A DNA stretch of 64,000 bases from NCBI GenBank assembly GCA_951406725.2, contig OX597837.1:5642001-5706000 (forward strand). Direction: 5' to 3'. Under the pieces are notes generated by a model, which did not search any database, was not told the origin of the DNA, and saw only the letters and a list, made by a program, of their open reading frames with translations. Source of the stretch: Octopus vulgaris (taxonomy: Eukaryota). The translations under genes and the position numbers were made by a program. Positions 47,434 to 60,839 of the stretch are shown in pieces (the first letter of the stretch is position 1; every line of letters begins with the position of its first letter).

Positions 47434-47796
47434 AAATTCTCTTTGTTCGTTAGCGTGCTAAAATTAAACTTGTTATATCAAAGACTAATGTTTGCAAATC
47501 TGAGTTGAGCAGCCTCCATCGCCATATTACACACTCTCCCTTCTACTCTCACCCTCTCTCCCTCCCTCTGTTCGCTGCGTGTAAGCTTAGCTTTTCGGTG
47601 GTTTGGATTAAAATGTGGTTTTTGACTAATGCAAACATTCAAAACACTCACACAATGTCATTATAAATGCACCTGATAACTTTGTAAGGAAATGCTTTGA
47701 AAATGTGGCGTAAGTTCCATATCCATACACACACAAACACACACACGCACGCACAAACACACGTATATGATAATATATGGATATATATAAATATAA

Positions 47797-47852
<56 letters not shown>

Positions 47853-48040
47853 GCCATGATAGATAGTTAGCTACTACACACATTTTTTTCTCTCCTTGTT
47901 TTTCTGTGTCCCTTTCTGTAGAAGAGCGTAGGCTCGATACGTAAAGGTCTTTTTATATTCCTGAGCGTTATACTAATACATCTGTTTGTTTTGTACAACA
48001 CCTGTCTTCGTCTTTTGTTTATTTTCGTAAACTTTCCCTA
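47853..48040 (+). mobile_element. Hammerhead-motif element family E
   Basis: ctttCTGTAGAagagcgtaggctcGATAcgTAaag (GAAA mutated); flanked by (TA)n. Confidence 0.75.
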
Positions 48041-48219
48041 TATATATATTACGACCATCAGGGCACTCCCAGATTTTCCCACCCCCTCTCCTCATCAGCC
48101 TTCTTCTGCTTCTACCCTACCAAGAACTCACAACGACCTCGAACACACAAGTGTAAACAAGGGAGACAGAGAAAGGCAGAATGCCACTTATATTTGAACA
48201 CTATACAAATATTCCTTTA

Positions 48220-48360
48220 AAAACTTTTCTTCTAATTTTTCTAAATTTAATTATTTAATTATTACAGTTGAAAAGGTCTCAAAATGACCGAAACCGGTAC
48301 TGAAATGTTCTTTATAAAATTATTTTAGCATTTTATATTTTGACTTGTTTTTTCATATAT
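48220..48360 (+). mobile_element. Short AT-rich element family F with hammerhead-like motif
   Basis: cagttgaaaaGGTCtcaaaatGACCGAAAccggTA; homologous to 12480-12620. Confidence 0.55.
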
Positions 48361-48399
48361 ATATATTTATATCTTTCTAGCTGGCGTTAAAGGACAAAG

Positions 48400-48720
48400 A
48401 CTCCCTTCAGTAATGAAAAGACCGTAGGATTTCACATAGAAAGTTACCCTTCAAGGCATATGTCTGGGCAAGGTTGTTTTATGGAAGACCATCGGTTGAC
48501 CTGTCTCCCCTCTTCACGCCACCGATGGTATCCAAGGGAAAGGCAAAGACGAATTCATTTTGGCACCAATAATGTCGCAACTCATTTCTGCATCTGAGTT
48601 GACTATAGCAGCGTGAAATAAAGTGTATTGCTGAAGAACCCAACACACAGCCCGGTCCCAGATTCGATCCTACTACCTCATGACCGTGAGCGCGACGATC
48701 TAAACAATGAGCCATGCGCC
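48400..48720 (-). mobile_element. SINE family C-related copy with the same tail as 1591-1790
   Basis: tagaaagttaccct..tctgggcaaggttgttttatggaaga..cgccaccgatg..agggaaaggcaaag shared with 1630-1752; tRNA-like head ends at 48720. Confidence 0.75.
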
Positions 48721-48974
48721 TAATGGACTAAAGGTCCTCCATGGGTAAGAGGCTCATAAGGCCGGTTCGTCGCAAAATTACCAACTTTTGCCAGGTGAGT
48801 AGAGTGGAATATATTGAAATGATGCGTTTTAGTGCTGAACACAGCGTGCAGCTCGCTCTAGAATGTGTGTGTGTGTGTGTGTATGTGTGTGTTTGTGTAT
48901 ATCTGTCTGTCTGTCTGTCTCTGTCTCTCTGTCTCTCTGTCTCTCTCTCTCTCTCTCAATCTATATATATATAT

Positions 48975-49162
48975 AGAAGGTTTACGAAAAAACAAAAGAC
49001 GAAGACGAGTGGTGTATAAAAGAAACAGATGTATTAGTATAAAGCTCAGGAATAGAAAAAAAGTCTTTTACCTTTCGAGCCTACGCTCTTCTACAGAAAG
49101 GGACACAGAAAAAACAAAGAGAGAAAAAAATGCGTGTAGCGGCTAACGATCTATCATGGCGT
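48975..49162 (-). mobile_element. Hammerhead-motif element family E
   Basis: Reverse complement of 47853-48040. Confidence 0.75.
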
Positions 49163-50074
49163 CTTATATAAGTAATGCTTATAAGTGGTGCTAGATTTTG
49201 AATAAGGAAAACAAGTGGTCATATCTTACGTTTCAATGGAATTTAATCATCAATATAGTTTCCATGATTATCTTTGACATCTTTCTATCTACTCGTAAGC
49301 TTTTTAATCCCATTAGTGAAAAGAATCTTTCGCTTTCGAACAGAAGAACTCTGAAAGGTCAGTTTCGCCTTCCTCAGTTGTTTCGAGAGTTATTCCATCC
49401 AAATAATTCTGAAAACTATGGAACGAATTGTAATCTGAAAGAGCAAGTTGGAGAATAAGGCGGATGAGCAATTTTCCCTCAGCTACGTTCCTCGATTTTC
49501 TGTGATTCGATCTTTGCATGTCACAGGAGTCGAACCATGTATATTTTATTTGTTGGATGGCCGTGTCACCAATTAACTAGTATGTCTGAAAATTTTACCG
49601 CACTAAATTAACACTTTTGAACAGTCTACTTGCTAAACTATCCGTATTTACTTCCTTTTGATAAAGCTAGTCGGTACAAGATGCAGTTGAAGTAATCTAT
49701 TTAGGTGAAACATTTAGAATACTGAAAACAGAAAGTTTGATGCATCTCTATCAAAATATTTTTGGGATATAAAACTCAGGAAATGAAATTTTATGTGTAA
49801 ATGTAGCAAAAAGTTTGATCTTCAAACGTCTACATCAAATAGAAGAATATTTCCTGAGTAATGCTGATCACAGCAAAGGTCTTTCGATTCCATGATGAAA
49901 GCATCTATTACCGTATTTCAAAATGGATTACGTTGTGCAGATCCACTTTGAACATTTTAAAAGCTAACAGTCTAACAACTTTTTTAAGAATAAAAATAAA
50001 GCACCTCTTCATTTACATTCTGCAGCGTTAGCACAAAGGTGGTGTATTATTAGAGTGTGTTTGAAAGTAGTGAT

Positions 50075-50507
50075 TTTCTGATTGCTGCCCTCCCGTGAAA
50101 TCCGGCTTTGCGCAGCTCTCGGCAAACGCTTTTTGTAAAAACTGTTTCTCGAGGTGGTCATTAAGCGTTGCAGTAATTTCAGGAGCTGTACTTTTGTGAT
50201 CCTTTCTAACAATTCGCGTAAGAGTCCGACGGTCCCTATCTGAAAGTTTTTGGTTTTCTTCCGGAGTTTTGTTTGGATGAGGAAGGTTTTGCTCCTTCTC
50301 AATGGCTGTCATTACTTTCGAGACAGTACATCTTGATACAACAAACATTTCGGCTGTTTTCGTTATGCTAGCGCCTACCATAGGAGCACTAACAATTTGT
50401 TCTCATTGAAAGTCCAATAGATCTGTTATTTTAATGAATTTTAATTACTTTTATCTGATGATATCTGAAAAGAAACAGCAATTTTAGCAAAACATATTAA
50501 GCAACAC

Positions 50508-50538
<31 letters not shown>

Positions 50539-50627
50539 GAAGAAACAAGCTTTTGACGGTTTGATTGATATTTCAAAATCATGATGCTATGATGCTGGGT
50601 GTTTCTATTATTTTGTCCAACCTTTGT
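50075..50627 (-). mobile_element. Tc1-family transposon 5' part (TIR and paired-like HTH region), decayed
   Basis: TA-CAAAGGTTGGACAAAATAATAGAAACACC TIR-like end; GASITKTAEMF.VSR.TVSKV, NSGRKPKLSDRDRRTLTRIVRKDHKSTA.EITA.LN, LRKAGFHGRAAIRK. Confidence 0.9.
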
Positions 50628-50629
50628 AT

Positions 50630-50797
50630 ATACAACGGGTTACTTTCAATTTCCGTCTACCAAATCCATTGATATGGCGTTGGTCGGCCCGAGGTTATAG
50701 TAGAAAACACTTGTCCAAGGTGCCAGGCAGTCGCACTGAATCCGGAACCATGTGGTCGGTGAGCAAGTTACTCATCACACAGCCACTCCTACGCCTG
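50630..50797 (-). mobile_element. SINE A 5' part, diverged
   Basis: ttccgtctaccaaatcca...cacacagccactcctacgcc. Confidence 0.8.
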
Positions 50798-51789
50798 TTA
50801 AATTTTCCGGAGAACTTTCTCACATTCGTCGATGAGGATTATCAAACTGACCTCACGTTGTGTTGTGCTGTGTGATTCAATATATAAGAGATTTAGGTGC
50901 GTCTAGGGTGGTGATGGGGTTCGTTAATAAGTGTGGTACTGAAGGAGTGTTGATGAATTAAAAGGAGAAGGAAAACAGTGAATGGTAAAAACAAGACAAT
51001 TGATTGAGAGTGGAGTTGGGAGACGGTGGGAGTGTTTAAGGATTGTTTTATGAAGGGCTTGTGAAAGTGCCCCTCCTGTTGGTTCAATTTGGAGAGATGA
51101 CTTTTGGTGAAAAATATAATGGTCAGATGTTTTTCAAATTCTTTTCTTATGCCTGAATCAACTATCTTAATTTCATAAAGAGAAACTTGAGTAATTTTCT
51201 ATGTTAAAGATTAGTTTAGTCGGGTGTCGGGTGGGGTTGGGGGTTGGCGGGAGGTGCTGTTAATGACGTGACGTGTGAGATACATGTCTTTTGATAAAAT
51301 GGGGATGATAGAAGAGAGAAAAATATGAGGTTAGTTTTGAATGTTTGTTGATAGAAATGTAATTTTTACATTGGTTTGGGAGGGGTGGGTTGTGGGTAGA
51401 TCATGTTAGCTCACATATTAACGTCTCTATATAAACTTACAAAAATTATATATAAATATACACATACACATATATACACATACATATATATACATATATA
51501 CATACATATATACATACATATGCATATATACAGACGCATATATACGTATAGGTATGTATATGTACGTGTGCATATATTTTTTTTTCTTTTACTCTTTTAC
51601 TTGTTTCAGTTATTTGACTGTGACCATGCTGGAGCACCGTCTTTAGTCGAACAAATCGACCCCAGAATTTATTCTTTGTAAGCCTATTACTTATTCTATA
51701 TATCACCGGATGGGATACGCTTTTGTTGATCTTTTAAGTATTGTGCTTAAGATCATCTAGTAGTGAGTTCGACTTTGAACGGACACTAT

Positions 51790-52626
51790 AAAGATGGTGA
51801 CGATGACAACGAAGATGTCGATGATGATGACGAAGGTGGTGATTCTGGTCTTTGCGTTGATGGTACCAATAGTTATTGATGATGGTATTGGTGTTGGTGT
51901 TGGTGTTGGTGGTGATTTCAGAATTAACTACGGTGATGATGGTAGAGGTGTCGGCACCTTAATGTTGGTGGTGGTAGTGTTGATGGTGTCTGTGGAAATG
52001 ATGACAGTAATGATGTCACTGGTGGATGTGGTGGGGTGTTTGTCTGGGGTGGCGATGGTAGTGGTGGTATAGTGATGTTGATGATGAAGACGCAGGTGGT
52101 GGTGGCGATACCGATACAGATAACGATATTGATGTTAATGAAGATTCTGATGGTGATGAAGACCAAGAAGGAAGAAGAAAAGGTGGATGATGATGATGAT
52201 GACGATCACGATCAAGACGATGATGTTGATGATGATTGGGATGATGATGATGATGATGATGATGAAGACCGACGAGGAAGGGAAAAGAGCTGGATGATGA
52301 TGATCACGATGACGATGATGATGATCATAATCATGATGTTGACGATGATTGTGATGATGCCGATGATGATGTTGATGAGGTGATGACGCCGACGACGTTG
52401 TTTTTTATCATGAGGTTGATGATGATGATGATGATGATGGTGATGGTGATTGATGATGATGATGATGATGATGATAATGATGATGATGATGATCACCATC
52501 ATCATCATCATCATCCTCATCACGATGTTGACGGTGATTGTGATGATGATGATGATGATGATGACGATGATTAGGATGACGACGATGATGATGTTGATGA
52601 TGATGATGATGATGATGATGTTGATC
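51790..52626. repeat. Degenerate (GAT)n/(GGT)n tract
   Basis: Directly visible. Confidence 0.9.
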
Positions 52627-52915
52627 AAATGAATTTTAAAAGAAATGACTACGAGATAAATGAGGAACATAAAATGCCGGACTGGTGTGAGGCATGAACT
52701 GGAGGAGTGGATAGCGGATATGGATAAAAAAAAGAGAGAAAGAGAAAGAAGAGATAAAAGAAAAAAAGCGATTGAAGGAAGGGAGATAAAAATTAAGAAA
52801 AGATAACGAAATAATTTAATGCGGCTTACGTTAACAACAAAAAGAAATTCAAAATAGTTTTTCTAATTAAAAGACACACTATCACACACTATAGCACTTA
52901 CACATGCGCATACTA

Positions 52916-52967
<52 letters not shown>

Positions 52968-52980
52968 ATGTATATATACA

Positions 52981-53037
<57 letters not shown>

Positions 53038-53175
53038 GTATATGTATATAGATATGTATGTATAAATATCTATACTCATACATAAACTTACAACAATAAT
53101 TTCATATACGTTTATATATATTCATACACACCTAGCTTTGTGTATATGTGTATGTGTATGTGTATGTATATAGAC

Positions 53176-53226
<51 letters not shown>

Positions 53227-53270
53227 GGTGTGTGTGTGTGTGTGTGTGCATTATGCATGTATGTATATTC

Positions 53271-53303
<33 letters not shown>

Positions 53304-53775
53304 CATACATTAGCATATACACGCATACACACACATGTATGCATATACTTGTATATATATATATATATATATATAGATGTGCGTGTGTGTTTGTGTTGTT
53401 GTATATGTGTGTGTTTGTATATGCTCGAATATGTATATACAAAAGCTCAAACGTACACCTATCCCGAAACACACTCATGCAATGTTCAGCTTAGTCATAC
53501 TTTCTTACACATTGAGAACATACACGCAAACACCTAGAAATATGCAACCGTACACACGTATGCACATCTATATATTCACACAAGGAACAAGCAACAGTCG
53601 TTGGCACAAATTTACGTAGTGACAAACGCTCATAGACAAGTATGGGGCCAAAAGACACACACACACACACACACACACCTCTCTCTCCCTCTCTCTCTCT
53701 CGTTCTCTCACACACACACATATGTATACATTTGCTCACTTCCCAGCATATATATATATCATATATTTGTATATA

Positions 53776-53806
<31 letters not shown>

Positions 53807-53862
53807 TATATATATATATATATACATATATGTACATATATACGCACACATATAAATGTATG

Positions 53863-53909
<47 letters not shown>

Positions 53910-54035
53910 GCACATATATAATTACATATATATCTATATATAAATATATATATGTATATGTGTGTATATATATATATGCACATATATATAATTCTATATA
54001 TATATTTTGTGTATATATATATATGTATATATGTT

Positions 54036-54081
<46 letters not shown>

Positions 54082-54419
54082 TACACACTCGTACACTGAC
54101 ATACACACACATAGAGCTAGACTCACACACGCATACATAAAGATGTTCAACAACTTGCCCACGTACACACACACATATATCCTCATACACAACGCATACA
54201 CATCGCACATACACGCACCTACACCTACGCACACGTCGAAGGAAACGCCATTATTCATGAGACGAAGGTTATCAAGTAGTTGACCTCATTTTGGGTGGAA
54301 AATAATGAAAATAGATCAGAAAATTATCTCAATGAAATCCCTGTCACATTATGAAAATTTGTTGCAAATCAAGAAAAGGTCAGCCGTCTTTTGTTTGGTT
54401 GGGAAGCTTATCATGAAAA

Positions 54420-54516
54420 CATCATCATCATTATCACCATCATCATCATCTTCATCATCATCATCATCATCATCATCATCTTCATCATCATCATCATAAT
54501 CATCTTCATCATCATC

Positions 54517-54555
<39 letters not shown>

Positions 54556-54835
54556 TTCATCATCATCATAATCATCTTCATCATCGTCTTCATCATCATC
54601 ATCATCATCTTCATCATCATCCTCATCATCATCTTCATCATCATCATCATCATCATCATTATCATCACCGTTATTATCATCGCCATCATCATCTTCATCA
54701 TCGTAACCGTCATCATCATCATCATCATCACCGTCATTATCATCGTCATCATCATCATCATCACCATCATCATCATCATCGTCATCATCATCATCATTAT
54801 CATCATCATCATCATCATCGTCATCATCATCATTG

Positions 54836-54886
<51 letters not shown>

Positions 54887-55310
54887 CCGTCATCATCATC
54901 GTCGTCACCATCATTACCGCCAAAACAACTTTCTCTTCCTACATTAATGAACACCACCACCACCACCACCATATTCTTCCTCCCCTTTCCTGGTCAACAC
55001 CATAATCATCATCATCGTCATCATCATCATCCTCATCATTGTCATCATCATCGTCATCATCCTCGTCGTTGTCATCATCATAACCGTCGCCATAACCATC
55101 AGCCTCACTATGAATGATCATGCTTAACCTAAGCGATACGGCAGCAAACTACGACCGCCCACAGCTGCCCTAATCATCAACATCCTCATCTTCATCATCA
55201 TCCTCATCATCCCCACCACTCCCGGTTTTATCAACTAACCACTCCCTCTCTCCTCTTCCGTTTGCTCTCTTATTATCATCATGATCATCGTCATCATCAT
55301 CATCATCATC
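54420..55310. repeat. Degenerate (CAT)n tract
   Basis: Directly visible. Confidence 0.9.
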
Positions 55311-55562
55311 ACCAAGCGCACATCAAGATTATATTCTTGTCTATTTTTCTTGTTGCCGTTCAAGATAAGGAGATAATGTCTGTTATATTAAGATGTCCAT
55401 TACAAATTGCTGGCTGTTGTTATAATCGGAAGAGCACCAAAAAGAAAAAAAGAGAAAAAAGATACTGAATTTTGAAAAATTGTGTTTTAAGTTCTGTTTT
55501 TGCAAACGACCGCTTTGCCTTTCATCCAAATGTCTGAGACGTAAAAATATTATTATGCCCGT

Positions 55563-55668
55563 GGGCATATGGCGTAGTGGTTAAGCACGCGGGCTACTAA
55601 CCCCAATATTCCAAGTTCGATTCCAAGCAGTGACCTGAATAATAATAATAATGATGATGATGATGATG

Positions 55669-55756
<88 letters not shown>

Positions 55757-55926
55757 CAACAACAATAACCCAGGTTCGAAATTTCCCCAAGACACCTGAA
55801 GAAGGCTGGAGGGTATATTGGCCGAAACGTTGTGTTAACAACAAAGAAGATGAGGATAAATATCCGTCAAATGTAAATAATGTAAATAATATACGTAATG
55901 CCTCATCACTTAAATATAGAACTGTA
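55563..55926 (+). mobile_element. SINE family D: tRNA-like head, (AAT)n, minimal type I hammerhead
   Basis: gggcataTGGCGTAGTGG..AAGTTCGATTCC head, (AAT)n, hammerhead at 55791-55836, then conserved tail. Confidence 0.8.
55791..55836 (+). ncRNA. Minimal type I hammerhead ribozyme motif
   Basis: Stem I GACAC/GTGTT; core CTGAAGA; stem II GGCTGG/TTGGCC; GAAA; palindromic ACGT in place of stem III; GUU cleavage triplet. Confidence 0.7.
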
Positions 55927-56958
55927 CTTCTCGTGTTTCTTCTGCAAATTTCCAACAGATGAGCCTAAGAATTTATTATCGCGATCCTACGAATGAGGCT
56001 CCGTAGCATCACTCCACGAAGCTAAACACAGCCGTTAAGTAAATCTCAAAATGAAATCCTTTCCTTTAAAACAGCCATGTCAAACGCTTATCATTCATAT
56101 TTTACTTGTTTAGGTCACTGGACTACAGCGCTGTTGGGGCACCACCTTGAAGGTTTGTAATCGAACGAATCGACACTAGTATTTATTCTATCGGGATCTT
56201 TTCTTGAACCGCTATGATACTGGGATGTAAACCAGCCATTACCCGCTGTAATGTGATGTAGTGTGAGGCGGAGCAGACCGACAGTTTGCTACTACTGGGA
56301 TACAAGGTGGTACTTTATTAAACTCGATCAACTAGGCGAGTGGGTCTGTCGTCGAAATACACGAAACCTCTTAAAACACAAGAAACATCGCTAATGATTC
56401 TCCACAGGGTATGCGTGAAATGTACGTAAGAACACCTGGGATTAGATAACAACAAAATAGAACAACGGTAACAAGAGCAGCAGCAACACCAAGAATAACA
56501 ACAACAGCAACCGTAACAACAACAAAAGCAACTGTAGCATGGTTCAAGGAGGTAAACCCTACAGGATCGCCCAACCTATTACGAAAATAGCAGCCAAATT
56601 TCCCATTAACTCAAATAGTAAGGGAAGACTTTCTTAAATAGTTTAGTCGTTGATAATTTTAAGTAGACAGGGTAGAATTCGCCATATTTTTCTAATATAT
56701 TTATGGCCAGCCATTTTATACGCCAACTCGAATATTCTTCCATTAATTTAATGATTCTACTCTTCTTTACTCATCTTTATCATGTTTCCGTTTACCTTAT
56801 AAAATGTCCTTGTAACTTCATTTCTTTCCCATACTACATTTTCATACGGCCACTATTATTTAGAATGTAATTTTTGCATTCTCTACCTCCATATATTTGT
56901 AATTTATCTTCGTTGCCGTGCATATAACGGTCCCTTACTGATTGCAGCTACCTTCCGC

Positions 56959-57001
<43 letters not shown>

Positions 57002-57060
57002 AAATATCGAATATATATTTATATATATATATATAATATCGTAAATATATACATATATAC

Positions 57061-57113
<53 letters not shown>

Positions 57114-57143
57114 CGTATATATATTCATATATATATGTGTGTA

Positions 57144-57176
<33 letters not shown>

Positions 57177-57182
57177 GTATAC

Positions 57183-57215
<33 letters not shown>

Positions 57216-57320
57216 ATATCGTGTATATTTATATATATATATGTGTATGTGAGTGTGTGTGTATATATAATATCGTAAACACATATATATACATAAATAT
57301 ATACTCTTTAACTCTTTTAC

Positions 57321-57381
<61 letters not shown>

Positions 57382-57861
57382 AATATATATATATGCATAT
57401 ATATATGCACACACACATAGACGCATATATATTCAAATATAAATTAGAAACAGGTCGAATGCTGTGAACAATATCGAATATACATACTCAATCTACGTGT
57501 TTATATGCGCATGTGCGTATGTGCTTGTGCGTGTGTGTGTGTGTTTGTGTTTGTGTTTGTGCTTGCTTATATCATCCAGGTCCTTAATCCATTTATATTC
57601 AGCGTTCCATAGCTAAACAGTCTTCTGAATCTTGCAATCTATATTCATTACTAATTTTTGTCCTATATATTTATTTTTTTTTCTTTTCGTTTTTCTCCTT
57701 CCCTTCTTCAATTTCTTTCCACGTAGCCTACCTTCCCAACAAATTCGTACGATATTCTCTGCCTTTTCCTGCTTGTGATCATTTGCTTAGCGGAGATGTT
57801 TCTTCTACTCCTGCCTTAGACCGACCAATGTCAATAAATTTGCTGAAATGAGACTGTATGG

Positions 57862-57964
<103 letters not shown>

Positions 57965-57986
57965 TGTGTGTGTGTGTACATATATA

Positions 57987-58185
57987 GGGAGAGTTTACGA
58001 AAAAAACAAAAGACGAAGACAGGTGGTGTACAAAACAAGCAGATGTATTAGTATAACGCTCAGGAATAGAAAAAGTCTTTTACGTTTCGAGCCTACGCTC
58101 TTCAACAGAAAGGGACACAGAAAAAACAAGGAGAAAAACAAGGAGAGAAAAAAGTGTGTGTAGTGGCTAACGATCTATCATGGCA
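57987..58185 (-). mobile_element. Hammerhead-motif element family E (best-preserved copy)
   Basis: Minus CTTT-CTGTTGA-a-GAGCgtagGCTC-GAAA-CG-TA-AAAG at 58077-58112; abuts (TA)n. Confidence 0.75.
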
Positions 58186-58186
58186 A

Positions 58187-58276
<90 letters not shown>

Positions 58277-59038
58277 AAAAGGGTACGCTATGTATATATA
58301 TGTATATGTATGTATTTGTTTATGGGAAACGTTTCGAATGTGCAACTAAAGCGCCTATTCCATTATTCCAGCCACAGTCTAGTGATGCTGATTGGTGAAC
58401 CAGTTTTTAAGGGTTGCATGGTGCTGTACCGATATAATGTAGGATAAATATGATAATAACAATAATCCTTGGATGGAATTTATAAACATTTAGTGTATCG
58501 CTACGCGCGTTTCCATAAATCACATGTGACTTAACATCACAGTCCGTATTTCTGGTATGATTACAGTGTAGTCCGTAGTATCCAGTGGGCACCCGAGTGA
58601 TCATCATAGATTCGTCTCTTCAGGCGCTATAATATTAATGAATGTTTAGCATATCCAATTCACCGCCAATAAATACTATCATTCATTCTTCTCTTTCCAT
58701 CATCTTCTTCTTCTCCCCACCAAATACACACACAAATACCTACATATTCGCACTGGTTTTTGCGTTCGTATTTGCCTCCCCACCACTTGGCAACCGATGT
58801 TAGTTTGTTTATGTCCAACTAAAATAGTGGTTCAAGATTTTAACATAATATAAATACTGAGGGCCTTTTCTTCAACAAAATCCCTGCAAGGCAGTGCCCC
58901 AACATGGCTGTTGTCCAATAACTGAAACAAACAAACGATTAAAATTTGAAAGAATAGAGATCAAAATTTTCACGCCAGTTTCCAACGTTCAAACAAGTGC
59001 AGCAGGTATTGTCGTCTTTTGGTTTTTTCGTAAACTCT

Positions 59039-59069
<31 letters not shown>

Positions 59070-59072
<3 letters not shown>

Positions 59073-59312
59073 TGAGAGACTTGCATGGTGTGGATGTGGG
59101 TTTCTTTAAAACTAAACTGGATCTCTTCTTGTCGAGAGTCCCAGATAAACTACCTCACGACAGGAGACACAAATGCGGGAAGCGACATCGAACTCCCTTG
59201 TTGACCAAGTTCCACGTATCAGAGGTGGATTCACATATTAGTGTAGCTCATTCAGCGGTGGTGCCCCAGCATGGCCGCAGCCTTCTGGCTGAAACATTTT
59301 AAAGGATTTAAG
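59070..59312 (+). mobile_element. CR1/L2-group LINE 3' end, second subfamily
   Basis: LRDLHGVDVGFFKTKLDLFLSRVPD homologous to 18778-19095; tail gtgccccagcatggccgcagccttctggctgaaac. Confidence 0.85.
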
Positions 59313-59316
59313 GATC

Positions 59317-59395
<79 letters not shown>

Positions 59396-59397
<2 letters not shown>

Positions 59398-59550
59398 CGG
59401 GTTTCTTCGAGTTTCCGTTTACCAGATCCACTGACAAGGTTGTGTTTGGCCCAAGATTATGGTAGAAGACACCGGCCCAAGTTGTCAGGCTGTGAGACTG
59501 AACTCGGAACCATGTGGTTAGGAAGCAAGCCTCTTACCACACAGCCACAC
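59396..59550 (-). mobile_element. SINE A 5' part, diverged
   Basis: gaaccatgtggttaggaagcaagcctcttaccacacagccac. Confidence 0.75.
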
Positions 59551-59732
59551 ATATATTTATACAACTAGAGGAAAATAGGGATAAATAGAGTGATGCGAAG
59601 GAGAAATGCTCATATCAAGACAGACAGGTTGCTGGATAAGTAACTTGAGAGATACGCAAATTGGCATACATTGATAAAACATAGCACACACCCACACACA
59701 CACACACATACGGACATACGTACACATACACG

Positions 59733-59764
<32 letters not shown>

Positions 59765-59826
59765 CATACATATATATATATATAGATACATGCATACATA
59801 TATACATACATATATACATATAAATA

Positions 59827-59891
<65 letters not shown>

Positions 59892-59896
59892 GTATC

Positions 59897-59937
<41 letters not shown>

Positions 59938-60691
59938 CCTAGATACATACATACATATATATATATATATGTATATATTTATATATATATATGTATATAT
60001 TTATACATATATATGTGTACACATATATATATAAGCTGACTCAAATACACACCCCACTGCATACACATATATTTAGATGCATATGTCGAAAGAGATAAGG
60101 AAAAAAATAATGAACAAACGATATAACAACGAGAACTTGACTTTCGTTTTATTGTATTTCAGACTCTTTTGTATTTTTTTGATTAAAGGTCAGAAATGTA
60201 AGCGTATATAACTATAAACATAAATAGATAAATAAATAAATAAAGTGATTGGTTTGTTATTTTTCTGTTTGATCTATGTAATGCAAATACTTGTACTGTA
60301 TTCTAATTAAAAGTTTTTATTGCATTTTCGTTTCAGTTTCACATTTTTTGTTTTCGATTTTCATTCTCTATTTATATGACTTCGTTTCATCTCGACTCTT
60401 TGTCTATATCATTATGTTTCGTTTCGCTTTTCGTTTTCGTTTTCTTTTCGATTTTGTTTTGATCCATATTGCTTCAGACTTTGATATCTCTGCATTTTGT
60501 TCTTGTCTTTTCTTCTATTCAGTTATGTATATATATATATATATATACGTGTGTGTGTATTATACATATGTATGTATACTTTTTCTCCGTTTATTAAACT
60601 CAAGTGAAATACAATTGACTAATTGCAATGCTGAGAATCTCATTCTTTATTTTCGTCATTATTATCACCCACCTACCCACTAAGACACACA

Positions 60692-60781
<90 letters not shown>

Positions 60782-60790
60782 TGTATATAC

Positions 60791-60839
<49 letters not shown>

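Noticed and set aside
54349-55121. Asp-rich acidic-protein-like ORFs (also 52036-52383)
   Set aside because: They are degenerate (CAT)/(GAT)n microsatellites with no non-repetitive domain or splice support.
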